A DNA stretch of 64,000 nt from Octopus sinensis (taxonomy: Eukaryota). The stretch spans positions 114,204,001-114,268,000 of the forward strand of contig NC_043003.1 of assembly GCF_006345805.1 (NCBI RefSeq), given 5' to 3'. This document shows, one piece after another, positions 1 to 12,636 of this stretch. Both the position numbers and the translations under genes were made by a program. Numbering within the stretch: the first letter of the stretch is position 1; each line of letters opens with the position of its first letter. The notes under the pieces were generated by a model. It was not told the origin of the DNA. It was given only the letters and a program-made list of their open reading frames with translations, and did no database searches.

Positions 1-179
1 CATAGTAATAATAATTACACTGACTTCAAGACCAAAATGAAAACAATAAGAGCCACGACATGTTTGTCACGGCAGCCATTAAAACAAGAGGACAAAAAAA
101 AGAGTAAAAGAAACAACAACAAAAAGAACTGTTCCAAGTGAAATCATTATGCTGCAACATCAGATATGACTTGCAGTGC

Positions 180-190
180 AACTACTACTA

Positions 191-225
<35 letters not shown>

Positions 226-356
226 GCTACTACTGCTGCTACTGCTGCTGCTGCTGCTGCTACTACTACTACTACTACTGCTACTACTACTACTACCACT
301 CTTACTACTACTACTGCTACTGCTGCTACTACTACTACTACTCTTACTACTACTCT

Positions 357-393
<37 letters not shown>

Positions 394-598
394 GCTGCTG
401 CTGCTACTACTGCTACTACTACTACTACTACTACTACTACTGCTGCTACTACTACTGCTACTACTACTAATACTACCACTCTTACTACTACTACTACTGC
501 TGCTGCTACTACTACTACTACTACTCTTACTACTACTACTACTACTACTACTGCTACTACTGCTACTACTGCTGCTACTACTACTACTACTACTTCTA
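180..598. repeat. (CTA)n/(CTG)n compound trinucleotide microsatellite
   Basis: Direct repeat pattern; it explains the poly-Y/T/L/V ORFs. Confidence 0.97.
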
Positions 599-619
599 CT
601 TTAACGAACAAAATTGACA

Positions 620-835
620 ATGGTTTGAGATTTTGGTTACAAGGCCAGCAATTGTAGAGGTAAGGGTACAAAGGGGCTTTACATCAACCCCAGTACTCAA
701 CCGGTACTTAATTTATTCACCCAGAAATGATGAAAGGCCAAGTCGACTCCGGTGGCATTTGAACTCAGAGCGTAAAGTCGGAAGAAATGACGCTAATCAT
801 TTTGTCCGGCGCAGTAACGATTCTGCCAGCTCCCC
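620..835 (-). mobile_element. Decayed tRNA-derived SINE, family B (same family as the 54-56 kb array)
   Basis: Reverse-complement similarity to the array unit (AGTCGAC..CGG..ATTTGAACTCAGA; GTACTTAATTTAT). Confidence 0.8.
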
Positions 836-1661
836 ACATCACCTGAGTGAATAGAATTATAATGGATTCAACAGTTTTAGCGGGTGAAGAACAATCCAAT
901 AATGTCAACAACAGTACATTACTGGTACTATATTTTATGAATCGCAGAGGGACAAAGTTGATCCTAGCGGATGTTTAACTTGGAACGTAATGAAACTGAA
1001 ACGACATTAATACAACAACAATAGCAATAACTATTACAAATGGCCAAACGTCAGATATTGTGGTGCAGAGGCGGAAGGATTGGGTGATGTATAATCAGGT
1101 AAGTCTCTTCATCATATCCTTTGTTAACCATTTTAGCTAAGAAGAATGGCAAAGGTGATATTTGAATTCGTATCATCAATCCATGCCGTTCATATCTGCC
1201 AGACATTCACCTATTTCTGTCATCTACTTTTCATCTAGTAGGAACTCAAAACTCCTTTCGGTAGGGAATTGGTTCGATGGTCCCAGAGAATATGATGTAG
1301 CAACAAATGCATGCCAGGCTCTTTGAAATGTTCTGCAGCTGGCAGCACACTGATAGGAGTTTTAGCTTTGGGGATAATTCTTCAGAAAACGTGGAACGAG
1401 CATTGCTTAAAAACGAAAGGAAAAACAGAGGATTTGAACTCACAATCTTTAAGATAGCTATCCAACACTCTGCAAAGTTTGCTAGGCGTGGCTGTGTGGT
1501 AAGTAGCTTGCTTACGAACCACATGGTTCCAGGTTCAGTCCCACTGCGTGGCACCTTGGGCAAGTGTCTTCTACTATAGCCTCGGACCGACCAAAGCCTT
1601 GTGAGTGGATTTGGTAGACGGAAGCTGAAAGAAGCCCGTCGTATATATATGTATATATGTA

Positions 1662-1732
<71 letters not shown>

Positions 1733-1740
1733 CATATATA

Positions 1741-3029
1741 CGAGGGGCGTTCAATAAGTAATGCCCCTGACCCACTTCCCATAGCAGTAGAGCAACGAAA
1801 CTTGGCACAGTTATTAGTCTTTTTCTACATAGGAACCAACCAGAGTTACGCATTTCTACCATCGTTCGATGCAGCTCTGAAGACCGTTTTTGTAGAAGAC
1901 CCCAGCTTGGTCCTCCCACCACGACGTGACTTCAGAAATCAAGGATGCATCATCTGGGAAACGCTTTCCTTTCAAAAACAACTTCATGGCTGGGAAGAGG
2001 TGAAAATCAGAGGGTGCAGGTCAGGAGAGTAGGGAGAACAGGGGATGAGTTCATAGCCGCACGCCTGTGCTTCTGATCTGGCGACACGCGAGTTGTGGAT
2101 CGGAGCATTGTCCTGCAGGAGTAGGATGCCTTTGCTGATCTTGCCCCGCCTCTTGATTTTGATAGCTTCTCTTAATTTCCTCAAAAGTGAAGCATAATAG
2201 ACTCCTATAATTGTGGCACCCTTTGCCAAGAAATCTGTCATCACTACTCCGTCCTGGTCCCAGAAGACTGTGAGCATGACCTTGCCAGCGGAGGGCTGCA
2301 CCCTTTCCTTCTTTGGAGGAGGTGAGTCACGGTGCTTCCACTGCATTGACTGGGCTTCGGTCTCTGGATCATAGTGATGGACCCAGGTTTCATCCTGTGT
2401 AATCAGTCTTTTGAAAAATTTTGACTCATCTTCTTGGAACATCTTCAAATTCATCCTCGCGCAATCGACGCGTTCTTGCTTCTGAAAAGGTGTGAGCAGC
2501 CTGGGAATCCATCTGGCAGACACCTTTTGCATATGCAAATGGTCATGAATGATAGTTTCCACAGACCCGGTACTAATCTTGACCTCATGGGCTATTTGGC
2601 GAATAGTTATGCGTCGATCTTCCAAAATGGCAGCCTCAACTTGACAGACAGATGCCTCATCAATGGCAGAAGGGGGCGACCAGATCTGGGAGCTGTTTCC
2701 ACAAAGTTCCGACCATGTTTGAATTCATGATGCCAGCGTTTTACAAGGTCATATGATGGGGCATCATCACCATAAGTTACTTTTATTTTATCAAAAGTCT
2801 CCCGTGGTGTGCGTCCTTTCAAATACAATAATCGCATCACTGCTCGACATTCAACAGGCTCCGTTTCACACTTGACTCAGTTCAAACACCTGTAAATCAG
2901 AAACCACAATTAGTTCAGAGCTGTAATTTGCCACTTAATCTATAGATATAAATAATTGCACATGCAAAATTTCAGCTAGATCAAACAACTGCAAGTGGGT
3001 CAGAGGCATTACTTATTGAACGCCCCTCG
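1741..3029 (-). mobile_element. Full-length Tc1/mariner transposon (1289 bp), non-autonomous
   Basis: 37 bp TIRs (CGAGGGGCGTTCAATAAGTAATGCCCCTGACCCACTT, 1 mismatch), TA on both sides, and a transposase inside. Confidence 0.97.
1814..2864 (-). pseudogene. DD34D mariner transposase pseudogene
   Basis: N-terminal HTH region (RWHHEFKHG..RSGRP), then WIPRLL, ITQDETW, LQDNAP and YSPDL(A)PSD, with 34 residues between the second and third D. The start codon appears mutated to ACG, and there are two frameshifts and one premature TAG. Confidence 0.95.
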
Positions 3030-3060
<31 letters not shown>

Positions 3061-3939
3061 ATGTGTATATGTTTGTGTGTCTGTGTTTGTCCCCCCAACA
3101 TCGCCTGACAACCGATGCTGGTTTGTTGACGTCCCGGTAACATAGCGGTTCGGCAAAAGAGACCGTTAGAATAAGTACTAGGCTTACAAAGAATAAGTCC
3201 TGGGGGTCGATTTGCTCGACTAAAAGGCGTTGCTCCAGCATGGCCAAAGTCAAATGACTGAAACAAGTAAGAGAGTAAAAGAGTAAAAGAGACTCTACTG
3301 GAGAGTCTAAAAGCAGTTAAGTTGCCTTACGTCTATCGTGGTAGTTTGTGTAGAAAGTTTCAATCTATTTTTTTTTGTTCGTTATGTTGCCCTTTGTGAA
3401 TTATAGCAAAATTAGACATTTGCGAATTCGATTATTAACGACGATGATGACGATGACGACGATATAACTGGTGATGGCGGTAGTAGTGGTGGTAATGAGC
3501 AATGCTGATGCGGATGATGGTCATGACGGCTGTGATGGCAAACAAGGAAAGAGTGGCGGAACAGGAAATGGAGAGAATAAGGAAGAATTGTAGGGGATTC
3601 TTCCAAGTAGCACAAGAAGCTAAACAGTTTAAAGGAAGGATTTTAGTCCCTCAAAATGAAATCTCTCGACGTCCTCTGAAACGTGAAACCCAGAGCCAAA
3701 TAATGGTCTTTCATATAAAACTAACATTTTTATATTTGGTGAATCCTTAAAATTGTGGATTGTTGAAATATCGAAAAAATTGAAATAACACGTATCAACC
3801 TCGACAAGATTTGAGCAGAAGACATGCAGCGGTTAAACTAAATAATATCAAATATGTAGTCTGATTAGATATCATTTCTTGTCTGGTTATATCATTATTA
3901 GTGGGGTGGACCTTGGGGCGAAATTTGAAACCGTTATTT

Positions 3940-3941
3940 TC

Positions 3942-4020
<79 letters not shown>

Positions 4021-4062
4021 TATTATTATTATTATTATTATTATTTTATTATTATTATTATT
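3940..4062. repeat. (TAT)n microsatellite, probably the expanded tail of the adjacent element
   Basis: Direct pattern. Confidence 0.95.
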
Positions 4063-4200
4063 GTAAAAGTGACGTTAGGGTACAAATATACAAGACAACC
4101 ATACATGCTTGACATGGTGACCTCGTATCAAGATTAACAGCGTATGACTTTGCAAGTGGGGCCCACTTACAATTTTCTTCAGGTCGATTACCTGCTTCAA
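4063..4200 (-). mobile_element. 3' fragment of an (AAT)n-tailed interspersed repeat
   Basis: Similar to 17500-17700 (GACATGGTGA.CTC.TATCAAGAT, GTGGGGCCCA, AATTTTCTTCAGGT). Confidence 0.65.
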
Positions 4201-4259
4201 AAAAATAAGCACAGAAATTATTGGCACCGCTTTCAGGGACTACGAAAAGGTATCAGGAG

Positions 4260-4940
4260 AGATGGTTTACCGGAAAAAGTCGGTGGTTTTGCTGCTCGGC
4301 AAATGGGAAAGCGTCACTGGTCAAACAGAGACCGAGATAAGGCATTTGGAAAGTGGAATGTCTTCAAGCGCTCACAACCCTCAGCCAGTCGGACATGGCG
4401 ATCAGTGGAAAGTTCACTTTAACTTTCTATAGGGAATTAGAGGAAGGTGTAACGACAATCTTGGAGAGACCTTGGGCGTCAAAGATGATCAGCTGTTGGC
4501 TCTCCCCGGAGAGATTTCAGCCTAGGACCGATGGATAACTTCCAGAACCCCCTGGCATGGAAGCGCTACCGAGGAGCCTTGCCTGTTGGAGATAAACTTT
4601 ACAGGTACGGAAGTACTGTCAGCAGAGCAGGTCCGTGATGCACGCAGGGCGACAAAACTGTCCACCATGCGTTCCTCTAATGCTTGAGCATTGCTGACTT
4701 ATAGGTTTATGTCGAACAGCTATTGTCGCGTATGGGACGGATCTGGATATCAACTGAATCCATCGTGAAGATCGCTCCGCCGCCTTCTTTTTGCCGCGAA
4801 GGACAGGCAGTCTTTATATGCTTGGTGCCTTGGCAATAGCAGTTGTATGGTGGACGAGATTGAAGGGGCGGAAGACAAATGCTTTTCTCTGGACAATCCC
4901 TGATCAACTTCTTTTAAGTTTCACTCGAAGAGGAAAACAA
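4260..4940 (+). mobile_element. Decayed Tx1/L1-type LINE, ORF2 C-terminal region including the zinc-knuckle area
   Basis: Translates to ECLQALTTLSQ..FYRELEEG and VEQLLSRMGRIWISTESIVKIAP. These match the Tx1-like copies at 62.8 kb (VGRIRLSAESI) and 63.9 kb (ECRQALTALHQ..FYRGLVEG). Confidence 0.8.
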
Positions 4941-5013
4941 GGATAAAGAGAAAGTGTTACCTTCCATCCATTTTGTTGAAAGGTGAATGAGAGGTGCGAG
5001 AATGGTGCAGGTG

Positions 5014-6309
5014 AACAAAACTAGACAGAAAAGCATTAATAAACAATAAGGTTCACCTAAAATATAGGCGAAAAAATGTTGGAAACAAAGAACATACTAC
5101 GGTACAATAAATGCTGAAAGAAACCTAGGAGATAGAAACACCAATAGAATCGCCTGATGGATAAGGGCTAAAATTTGAAGATAATGTTTCTATCAATCAT
5201 ACAAGTCATGTGAGGGTCATTACGCCAAGAATAATAACACACGCCCTGGTTCAGTATCACTTCTCTTTTTTTAGTCAATTAGTCGCGTTTATTATAAATT
5301 TACTATAACATGATATCAACATGCACCGAAATCACTTCGCCCTGAAGGCTAGGTTACAGAACTAGAAATGACGATGATGGCTTTAAGAATTTTATTGTTC
5401 CCGATATGCTGTAGGACTGTCATCCAAAAATAAGGGACCCTTGAGCCCACGCCTGTAATCGGAGATGAGGAACTGAGAAAATGTCCCGGTTCCAGAAGTG
5501 GTTTCATGGGAGTTTTCCATGAGCAGCCCTTCAATGTCCCCTTCCTACTGAGGATTACGCATGGTTAAAAATGGTGTTTATTTTTCCGTTAAACCAGTTT
5601 ACAAACAAAACCTGCACAACACACAGTACATACACGCACACTCACGCACACGTGCACACACATGCACAAACATGCACGCACGCACCACCATCCTCTCTAT
5701 TATCCCCCACCACCACCAACCCTACCAACAATAACAACAAAACATCCACAATCATAAAGAATACCCGCCGCATCACCACCACCACCACCATTAGCACCAA
5801 CAATATCCTCACCTCAACCACCATCACCATCACTACTACTACTACTACTACTACTACTAATACTACTACTACTACTACTACCGCCACCCTCACTACAACA
5901 CCGCCACAGCACCAATTACACCAGAATCGTAGCAGCAGCAGTGGCAGCGGCAGCAGTAACCCCATCCAATGTGATGCCTGACAAGCAAAGTAGATTGCCA
6001 ATCCAATCCATCATTGGCTCCTAAAATCTAGTTGAGCAAATCTAACCACATGGAGGCGGGGTGGAGGAGGAGAAGCAGAGATGGTAGGAGAGGGGTTAAG
6101 TTTCTACAGGTCAAAGGTCGTACACATCTGGTTTTTGTCTCCTCCCAGAAAAAAGTCCTTCCCCCACCAACCTGTCACCTAAACCCTAAACATATTAGAA
6201 CTCCCCACCATCCTTATCATTTGTCATTCGGCCAACCAACATTACGTTTTCTTATTGCTTTCTATTTTCTCTTTCTTTTTAGTTTTTCCTATCTGTCTAT
6301 CCATCTGAC

Positions 6310-6360
<51 letters not shown>

Positions 6361-6621
6361 GTATGTATGTATGTATGTATGTATGTATGTATGTATGTAT
6401 GTATGTATGTATGTATCTATCTATCTGTATGTATGTATCTATCTATCTATCTCTCTGTATGTATATATGTATGTCTATCTCTCTCTATATATATCTATCT
6501 ATCTATCTAGCTATATGTCTGTCTGTCTGTATGTATGTATGTACGTATGTACGTATGTATGTATGTATGTATGTCTATCTATCTATCTATCTACATATAT
6601 ATCTATCTATCTATCTATCTA

Positions 6622-6660
<39 letters not shown>

Positions 6661-7288
6661 AACTGTCTATCTGTCTGTTTTTTTTTCTACTTTCAACATT
6701 TACGCGCTCACACATGCACGCTACACACATACACATAGATGTGCACAAACAAAAATACACATAAACACACACACACACACACACCACAAACACACACGTG
6801 AGGGGAAGCTTTTCTTTGTGACGTATTGAAAACATGATTACAGTTCTTAGTTTAATTCGTTCATCGAGTGGGTCCCTTATTTTTGTATGACAGTCGTATA
6901 GCATATCGGGAACAATAACATTCTTAAAGCCATCATCGTCATTTCTAGTTCTGTAACCTAGCCTTCAGGACGAAGTGATTTCGGTGTATGTTGTAATCAT
7001 GTTATAGAAAATTAATAATAAACACGACAAATTGACTAACAAAAGAGAAGTGATACTGAACCAGGGCGTGTGTTATTATTCTTGGCGTAATGACCCTCAC
7101 ATGACTTGTATGATTGATAGGAACATTATCTTCAAATTTTAGCCCTTATCCATCAGGCGATTCTATTGGTGTCTCTATCTCCTAGGTTTCTTTCAGCATT
7201 TATTGTACCGTAGTATGTTCTTTGTTTCCAACATTTGTCGCCTATATAAACCTTATTGTTTATTAATGCTTTTCTGCCTAGTTTTGTT
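5014..7288. repeat. Long inverted repeat: arms 5014-5440 and 6870-7288, spacer about 1.43 kb
   Basis: The arms align as reverse complements over ~420 bp, with only 2 mismatches in 5111-5269. Confidence 0.93.
6300..6660. repeat. (TCTA)n/(TGTA)n/(TA)n compound microsatellite
   Basis: Direct pattern. Confidence 0.95.
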
Positions 7289-7306
7289 TCCTATTGTGTA
7301 CCGTAG

Positions 7307-7590
7307 TCACCGTCACTGTCACCGTCACCGACCAGGCTATCAGATGTTGCTACACATCGCTAGTCACAATGCGCTTCGCATTGCTTTAGCCTTCAAATGA
7401 CGCCACCCCGCTGGCTGAGCGAGCAGGCCAACAGAAGAAAGAATGAGAGAAAGTTGCGGCGAAAGAGTACAGCAGGGATCACCGCCCCCCGCTGCCGGAG
7501 CCTCGTGGAGCTTTAGGTGTTTTTGTTCAATAAACACTCACAACGCCCGGTCTGAGAATCGAAACCGCGAGTCCGCTGCCCCCTCCACGT
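7307..7590 (-). mobile_element. tRNA-derived SINE, family C, with an RTE-like 3' tail
   Basis: B-box-like GTTTCGATTCTC on the minus strand; the tail is shared with 57089-57207 and resembles the LINE 3' end at 29904-29970. Confidence 0.8.
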
Positions 7591-10254
7591 GTACCGTAGT
7601 ATCTTGCAAATTACTCATGTACGTGTTTGTTACTCAACAGGACAGTGCTGTGCTGATATGGTTCCTCTAACAGTTGAAGTCGCGAAGTTTGCAACTCAAT
7701 TAATAAACCATGTTGTTCTTTTATAGCTTGTTCGTCGGTTTACCTGCTGTTATTGCTAAGAAAGTATTTACAGTTCCTGGTTTTGTGGTACCTTACGAGC
7801 CATACTTTGAAAGCTGTAAATTAATAAGTCATTTGTCTTGGACAAAAAAGCCTTACAGTATTTAGCTACGGCCTATTACGTTATGGGTTCAAATCCCGCT
7901 AAGGTTGACTTAATCTTTCATCTTTCCGGGTTTAAGTATCAGTTCAATAAAGGAATTGATAAAATTATCAGTAAAATTATCAGATTGATAAAGTATTAGT
8001 TCAATACAGGGATTGATAGAATTGACTGTTCCCTCTCACCACGGCACACATTAAGAAATTATTATTTCTGCTGTTTTATGAATGAGGGGATGTATTTTGT
8101 GTTTTGTTCTGGGAGTTGGTTGATGCGTTCTCTTCTTCTCTACTTATTATTTCTGTTAGCTGATGATTTTGCTTGGTGCCTGATCTATTTGTTGGTTTAT
8201 AGTTAGGGACTATATTGCATGATTAACTTCACCATTTAATTCATTACAACACTCATTTCACATTACGATTTATTTTCCTCGATGGACTTCTTTATAAACA
8301 ACCAAAGTGCTTCGTGTGTGGAATCGAATCGAAATGCTCTTCAAAGAATGGATTTTATTATTCCTGACAATTATGTACTGGCGTATTTATTTGAGATGTT
8401 ATAGGTCAGAGGGTTTTATTTTCGTTTTGTCTTCTAAATGTTCCATAAATATGGGTCGGGGTGAACTCTCCTTTAATGAGTGGGAAATAAGTCCCCCCCC
8501 CCCATTTATTGCGTTTGCTGGGGGAGATTAATTGAGACAGTCTTTCATTTAATTGGCTGATATTAAATTTCTGAATCCTTAGAAATTTGCTTTTATCGTT
8601 GAGTAAATTGTTAGTTTTTGCAATTTATTCATCTTTTGCAATTTATGATGACCAGAATAGGATAATGAAAATATGAATATTATCATTGATGAAGCTGCGA
8701 GTTAGCCGAGTCATTGGACTGCGGTAATCGTTCTGGCTCTCTGGACCTGCATTTCGAATCCCATTGGGGTCAGGTTTATCATTTGTTCTTTCAAGGTCGA
8801 TAAATAAAGTACCAATGAGGGTAACCGAATATGTGGAATTGTTAGAGCAATGAAAGAGATGATTTGCAGTGTCTGGCTGACGAAAAGCATTTCGAAAAAC
8901 CGCTGTCCCAGAATCCCTTGCGTCAATGAACTTCATATGCTCTTCCTTTATGGATTTTCCCTTACACACACGTGATTTAGAGCGCTTGTCTGTCCTGGTC
9001 GCTTGTACATTCAAACCTGTGTGATCGACGGTTTCATTATCACGTGACACATGAATTTTGCGCTTTTCAACGCTGTTTCAGAAAATGCAGGGTTTGAGAA
9101 ACCAATATTTGTGAGGAAAGATTGTAAAATAGTTCCTTTATCGGATTTAATAGAAATTTGTGCTTTCCCTTTCATCTCTTTACCTTAAACTGTGACGTAA
9201 TCGCAAGAAATTTAGATGTATGCATAGTTATTAGTTGAGCACTCTCAGTGACATATACTTCGCTTTGACGAGAATTGCGAGTTACTCTGAGGAGATACTG
9301 CGAGTCGTATTGCCTTACACACATACACACACACACGATAACACACACGCACACACAAACACAAACATACACACACGCACGCGCACATTCATTCATTCAA
9401 GTACAAAGATTTACGCATACGAACATGTATGATGTCATACTTCTGTCGGCAAACTACAGCTACTTTAAAAATAAATGGAAAGAAAACAGTTTATTGTGGT
9501 GAAATGGTAAGTTGAGATATTTTAATATGTTCTGTTTCTTTTCCTTGGCTGAAATAAATCCTTCCAAGATTTCAATACAGATAAATTCACATTCCAAACA
9601 ACGTTCCACACAAACAGTGCAATTCGACTCCCTACAGCGTTACAATAAACACTTTCTTTCGTTTCCATTGTAGTTAAACCCACATCAGTCATGACTTAAC
9701 AGATCCCTGATAAAATATGTTCCTGTCTTAACCACCCAGGTTCGTCCTTGGCTATTGTCTATCTAGGACTACGTTATCCAATGTGGCTCTTCCCCCTTTT
9801 CTTAGCTTGAATAATTTAGAAGGTTTGTGAGTTCAAACTAACTGCAGGCATTGATTCTTTGACGTTTCTCATTGTTAATGACCTGAAAGACAACCGTCTC
9901 CTTGGAATGGATGCTCGCTTATTGCATCTAAATTCCACAAAGTTTTGTTATTTTAGAAAAAAGTAGATTGAAGCAACACGAAGATTCACTAAATGTCCTA
10001 CAACTTGCAACAGATTTAATGGACAATCCTATGATTTGTGGGTTTCTTTAATCATCGATCAAATATTATATGGAAACCGGTAAATCGTTTTTTTTTTTGT
10101 GTTGAGAGAAATTCAAAACCATTTCAGTAGAGGAGAGTAAGTTCCTATTGCGAAGTATCAATTCCTTGATAATATTGGTTTCAAATTTTTGGCACGAGCC
10201 CAGCAATTTCGAAGCAGCAGGTAGATCGCTTATATCGACCACAGTGTTCAACTG

Positions 10255-10385
10255 AAACTTAATTTATCGATCCTTAAAGGATGAATGGCAAAGTCGACCT
10301 CAGCAGAATTTCAACTCAGAACATTTAAGTAGACGAAATGCCGCAAAGCATTTCGCCCGGCGCGCAAACGACTCTGTCAGCTCGG
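10255..10385 (-). mobile_element. SINE family B, decayed
   Basis: Reverse-complement match to the family B head and central domain. Confidence 0.75.
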
Positions 10386-10465
10386 TGCTTTCAATTTCGT
10401 AATAATATTGAAACTTGCTAAACGAATGATAGATTCAATCTGTGTGTGCGTGTATGTGTGTATGT

Positions 10466-10518
<53 letters not shown>

Positions 10519-10877
10519 GAGCAGATGGCATTTGATGCTTCTGATGCCTGTTTATATTATCACTGTTAATCCTGTGTCTGTGTCCAAACTGTCAACTATC
10601 GTTTCTCATCCCTACACCGCATTTCATTTGTCCATATCATCGCGCGTTTAGGATGAGTTCCAGCCATAACTCTTTACTTCGCACAAATTTCAAATCCTTC
10701 CAGTCAAGGAATCACGCAGCCATTTGTTGAAGACCTGTTTAAATCCTTTTCAAGATTAAATTCATGTTTTCAATTGTTTCTGGCCAAAGTAAAATAAACA
10801 TCTGCTGCACTGCAGAATATTGTTCAACTTTATTTCTGCCCCATTGTATCTAACACGTCAATCCGTCTCTCTCTAAA

Positions 10878-11250
10878 AGAAATGTCTTGAGAGGCGTTTA
10901 GATGGAATTTACACTCGCCTCTTATGAGAGCTCAAAATCTCTCGTGGAAGCGTCATCCAACCAAAGTACAAATATATGGGAAACTACCACCTGTGTCATC
11001 TCTTGTGAAAAGGAAGAGAGTCCAGTTTGCTGGACATTGTTGTAGAGCTGAAAACGAGGCAATTTCTACTCTTCTCCTCTGGAAGCCATCTACTCGCGAT
11101 ACCAGAGGGCGCACTCTCCTACTCTGATGTAATCTCCAGGGATACAGGCATCCAGTAACAGGACCTCCGTAATGCTATGATGGACCATGAAGTCTGGCGT
11201 AGCGTGGTAAATTCCATTGTCTCGACAACGGTCGAACAATGATGATGATG
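10878..11250 (+). mobile_element. 5'-truncated RTE-like LINE 3' end
   Basis: Translates to RVQFAGHCCRAE..LLWKP..RGRTL and ends in a (GAT)n tail; a close second copy lies at 33023-33296. Confidence 0.88.
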
Positions 11251-12374
11251 AAAAGAAATGTCGCGTATGTTGCCCTGCAGCGTCTATTGCAGCCCAGTGG
11301 AACTGATTTAGAGAGGGGGAGAGAAAGAAAGTGAGCGAAGGGGAGGAAGTGAGACAGAGATTGAGAAAGGAGAGAGAGAGAGGGAGAGGGAGAGGAGAGA
11401 AGATCTACTATGGATACTTTTTGGCAGGTACTTTATCTTACCTGGACGAAGAAAGACAAATCCTCGGTGAGAGTTAAATTCAGAGGGCGGGAATAAATAC
11501 CGCGAGGTATTCTGTCTAATACTCTAATCACTTGGAAACCTCATCACCAACAGCTCGTGATATGTTTAAAGCTAGTTGTATATCAATAGTAAAATACCCA
11601 CAGCCAGTCTGGTACTGGGGTCTGTTGAACTCTTTGCAATATTCGTGGATGAAATTCGTAGATCGAAATTATCGCTATCACAAGAATGGCTTCTGATTTA
11701 GGCGAAATACCAGCGATTTTTAAGCAGGGTATATTAGGGATCAAGAAAATCGACCCCTTATACTTCACTGGTCTATTTTTTCATCGAAGGCAAAGCTGAT
11801 ATAAGCGCTATTAGAACTGAAAACATAAAGTGACAGAACCTTAACGCTATGTTCCGATGCTCTAGCTATCCTGACGGCTCACCTTAGGACCTCAGCAGAA
11901 TAAATACCAGTAATACACAAGGATGTTTTCAATTGACTTTAGATGCTTTCGTTATTTTTTCTGTAAACTTGTGACCCTGTAATAAAGTAAAAAAACAACA
12001 CAAAAACAAGAAAATATTGTCGGTATTATTTCTCTCAATAATTGAAACAATTGAATAGAAATTTAAAACAAATCTGAAACGATACAATTTCGTCTAACAC
12101 TCAATCCTACCACCACACAGGGTGGCGGCGCCCCAGATTCTGCTCTTTATTAAATAATGGGAATTAAATATTTAGTAATTTGATTCCAGTTAGATTAAAT
12201 GGATATTGTGTTATGTGTTGGGCTGATTGGAATTTGGCCTGATATTCTGAGAAGACTTGAAAGCAAAGAAAAGAAAAAGAAAAGAAAAATCGTAGTAGTT
12301 TCGTTACTTAATATTCATGTTATTAAAAGGAACTTGTACATACATACATACATATGGACATGTATTTGTGTGTG

Positions 12375-12437
<63 letters not shown>

Positions 12438-12579
12438 TCACGCAGAAACATACATACACACACAGACATGGACTGGGTATTTTGTTCTCTTTTCACTTAT
12501 GGATGGCGGGAGGAGGTGATTGCTTCTGAATGCATGTCTGAGAGCTTAATTGTGGCTTTGGTACGCTGCTTATATTTTT

Positions 12580-12636
<57 letters not shown>

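Larger units (their letters stand above)
1484..3290 (+). mobile_element. tRNA-derived CORE-type SINE, family A, split by a mariner inserted in its internal (TA)n tract
   Basis: The head AGGCGTGGCTGTGTGGTAAG..GGTTCAGTCCC and the CORE-like GGCACCTTGGGCAAGTG lie at 1484-1640. The 3' half with its (GAGTAAAA)n tail lies at 3030-3290. Uninterrupted copies occur at 28.4-28.8 and 33.4-33.8 kb. Confidence 0.9.

Noticed and set aside
138-671. Long ORFs of poly-Y/T/L/V, and the many IY, VC, HT and CMYV ORFs throughout the window
   Set aside because: They are translations of simple sequence repeats that lack stop codons.
4707-4907. Minus-strand gag-like zinc knuckle (CYCQGTKHIKTAC)
   Set aside because: The plus strand aligns in order with the Tx1-like LINE C-terminus seen at 62.8-64 kb, so the minus-strand motif is incidental.
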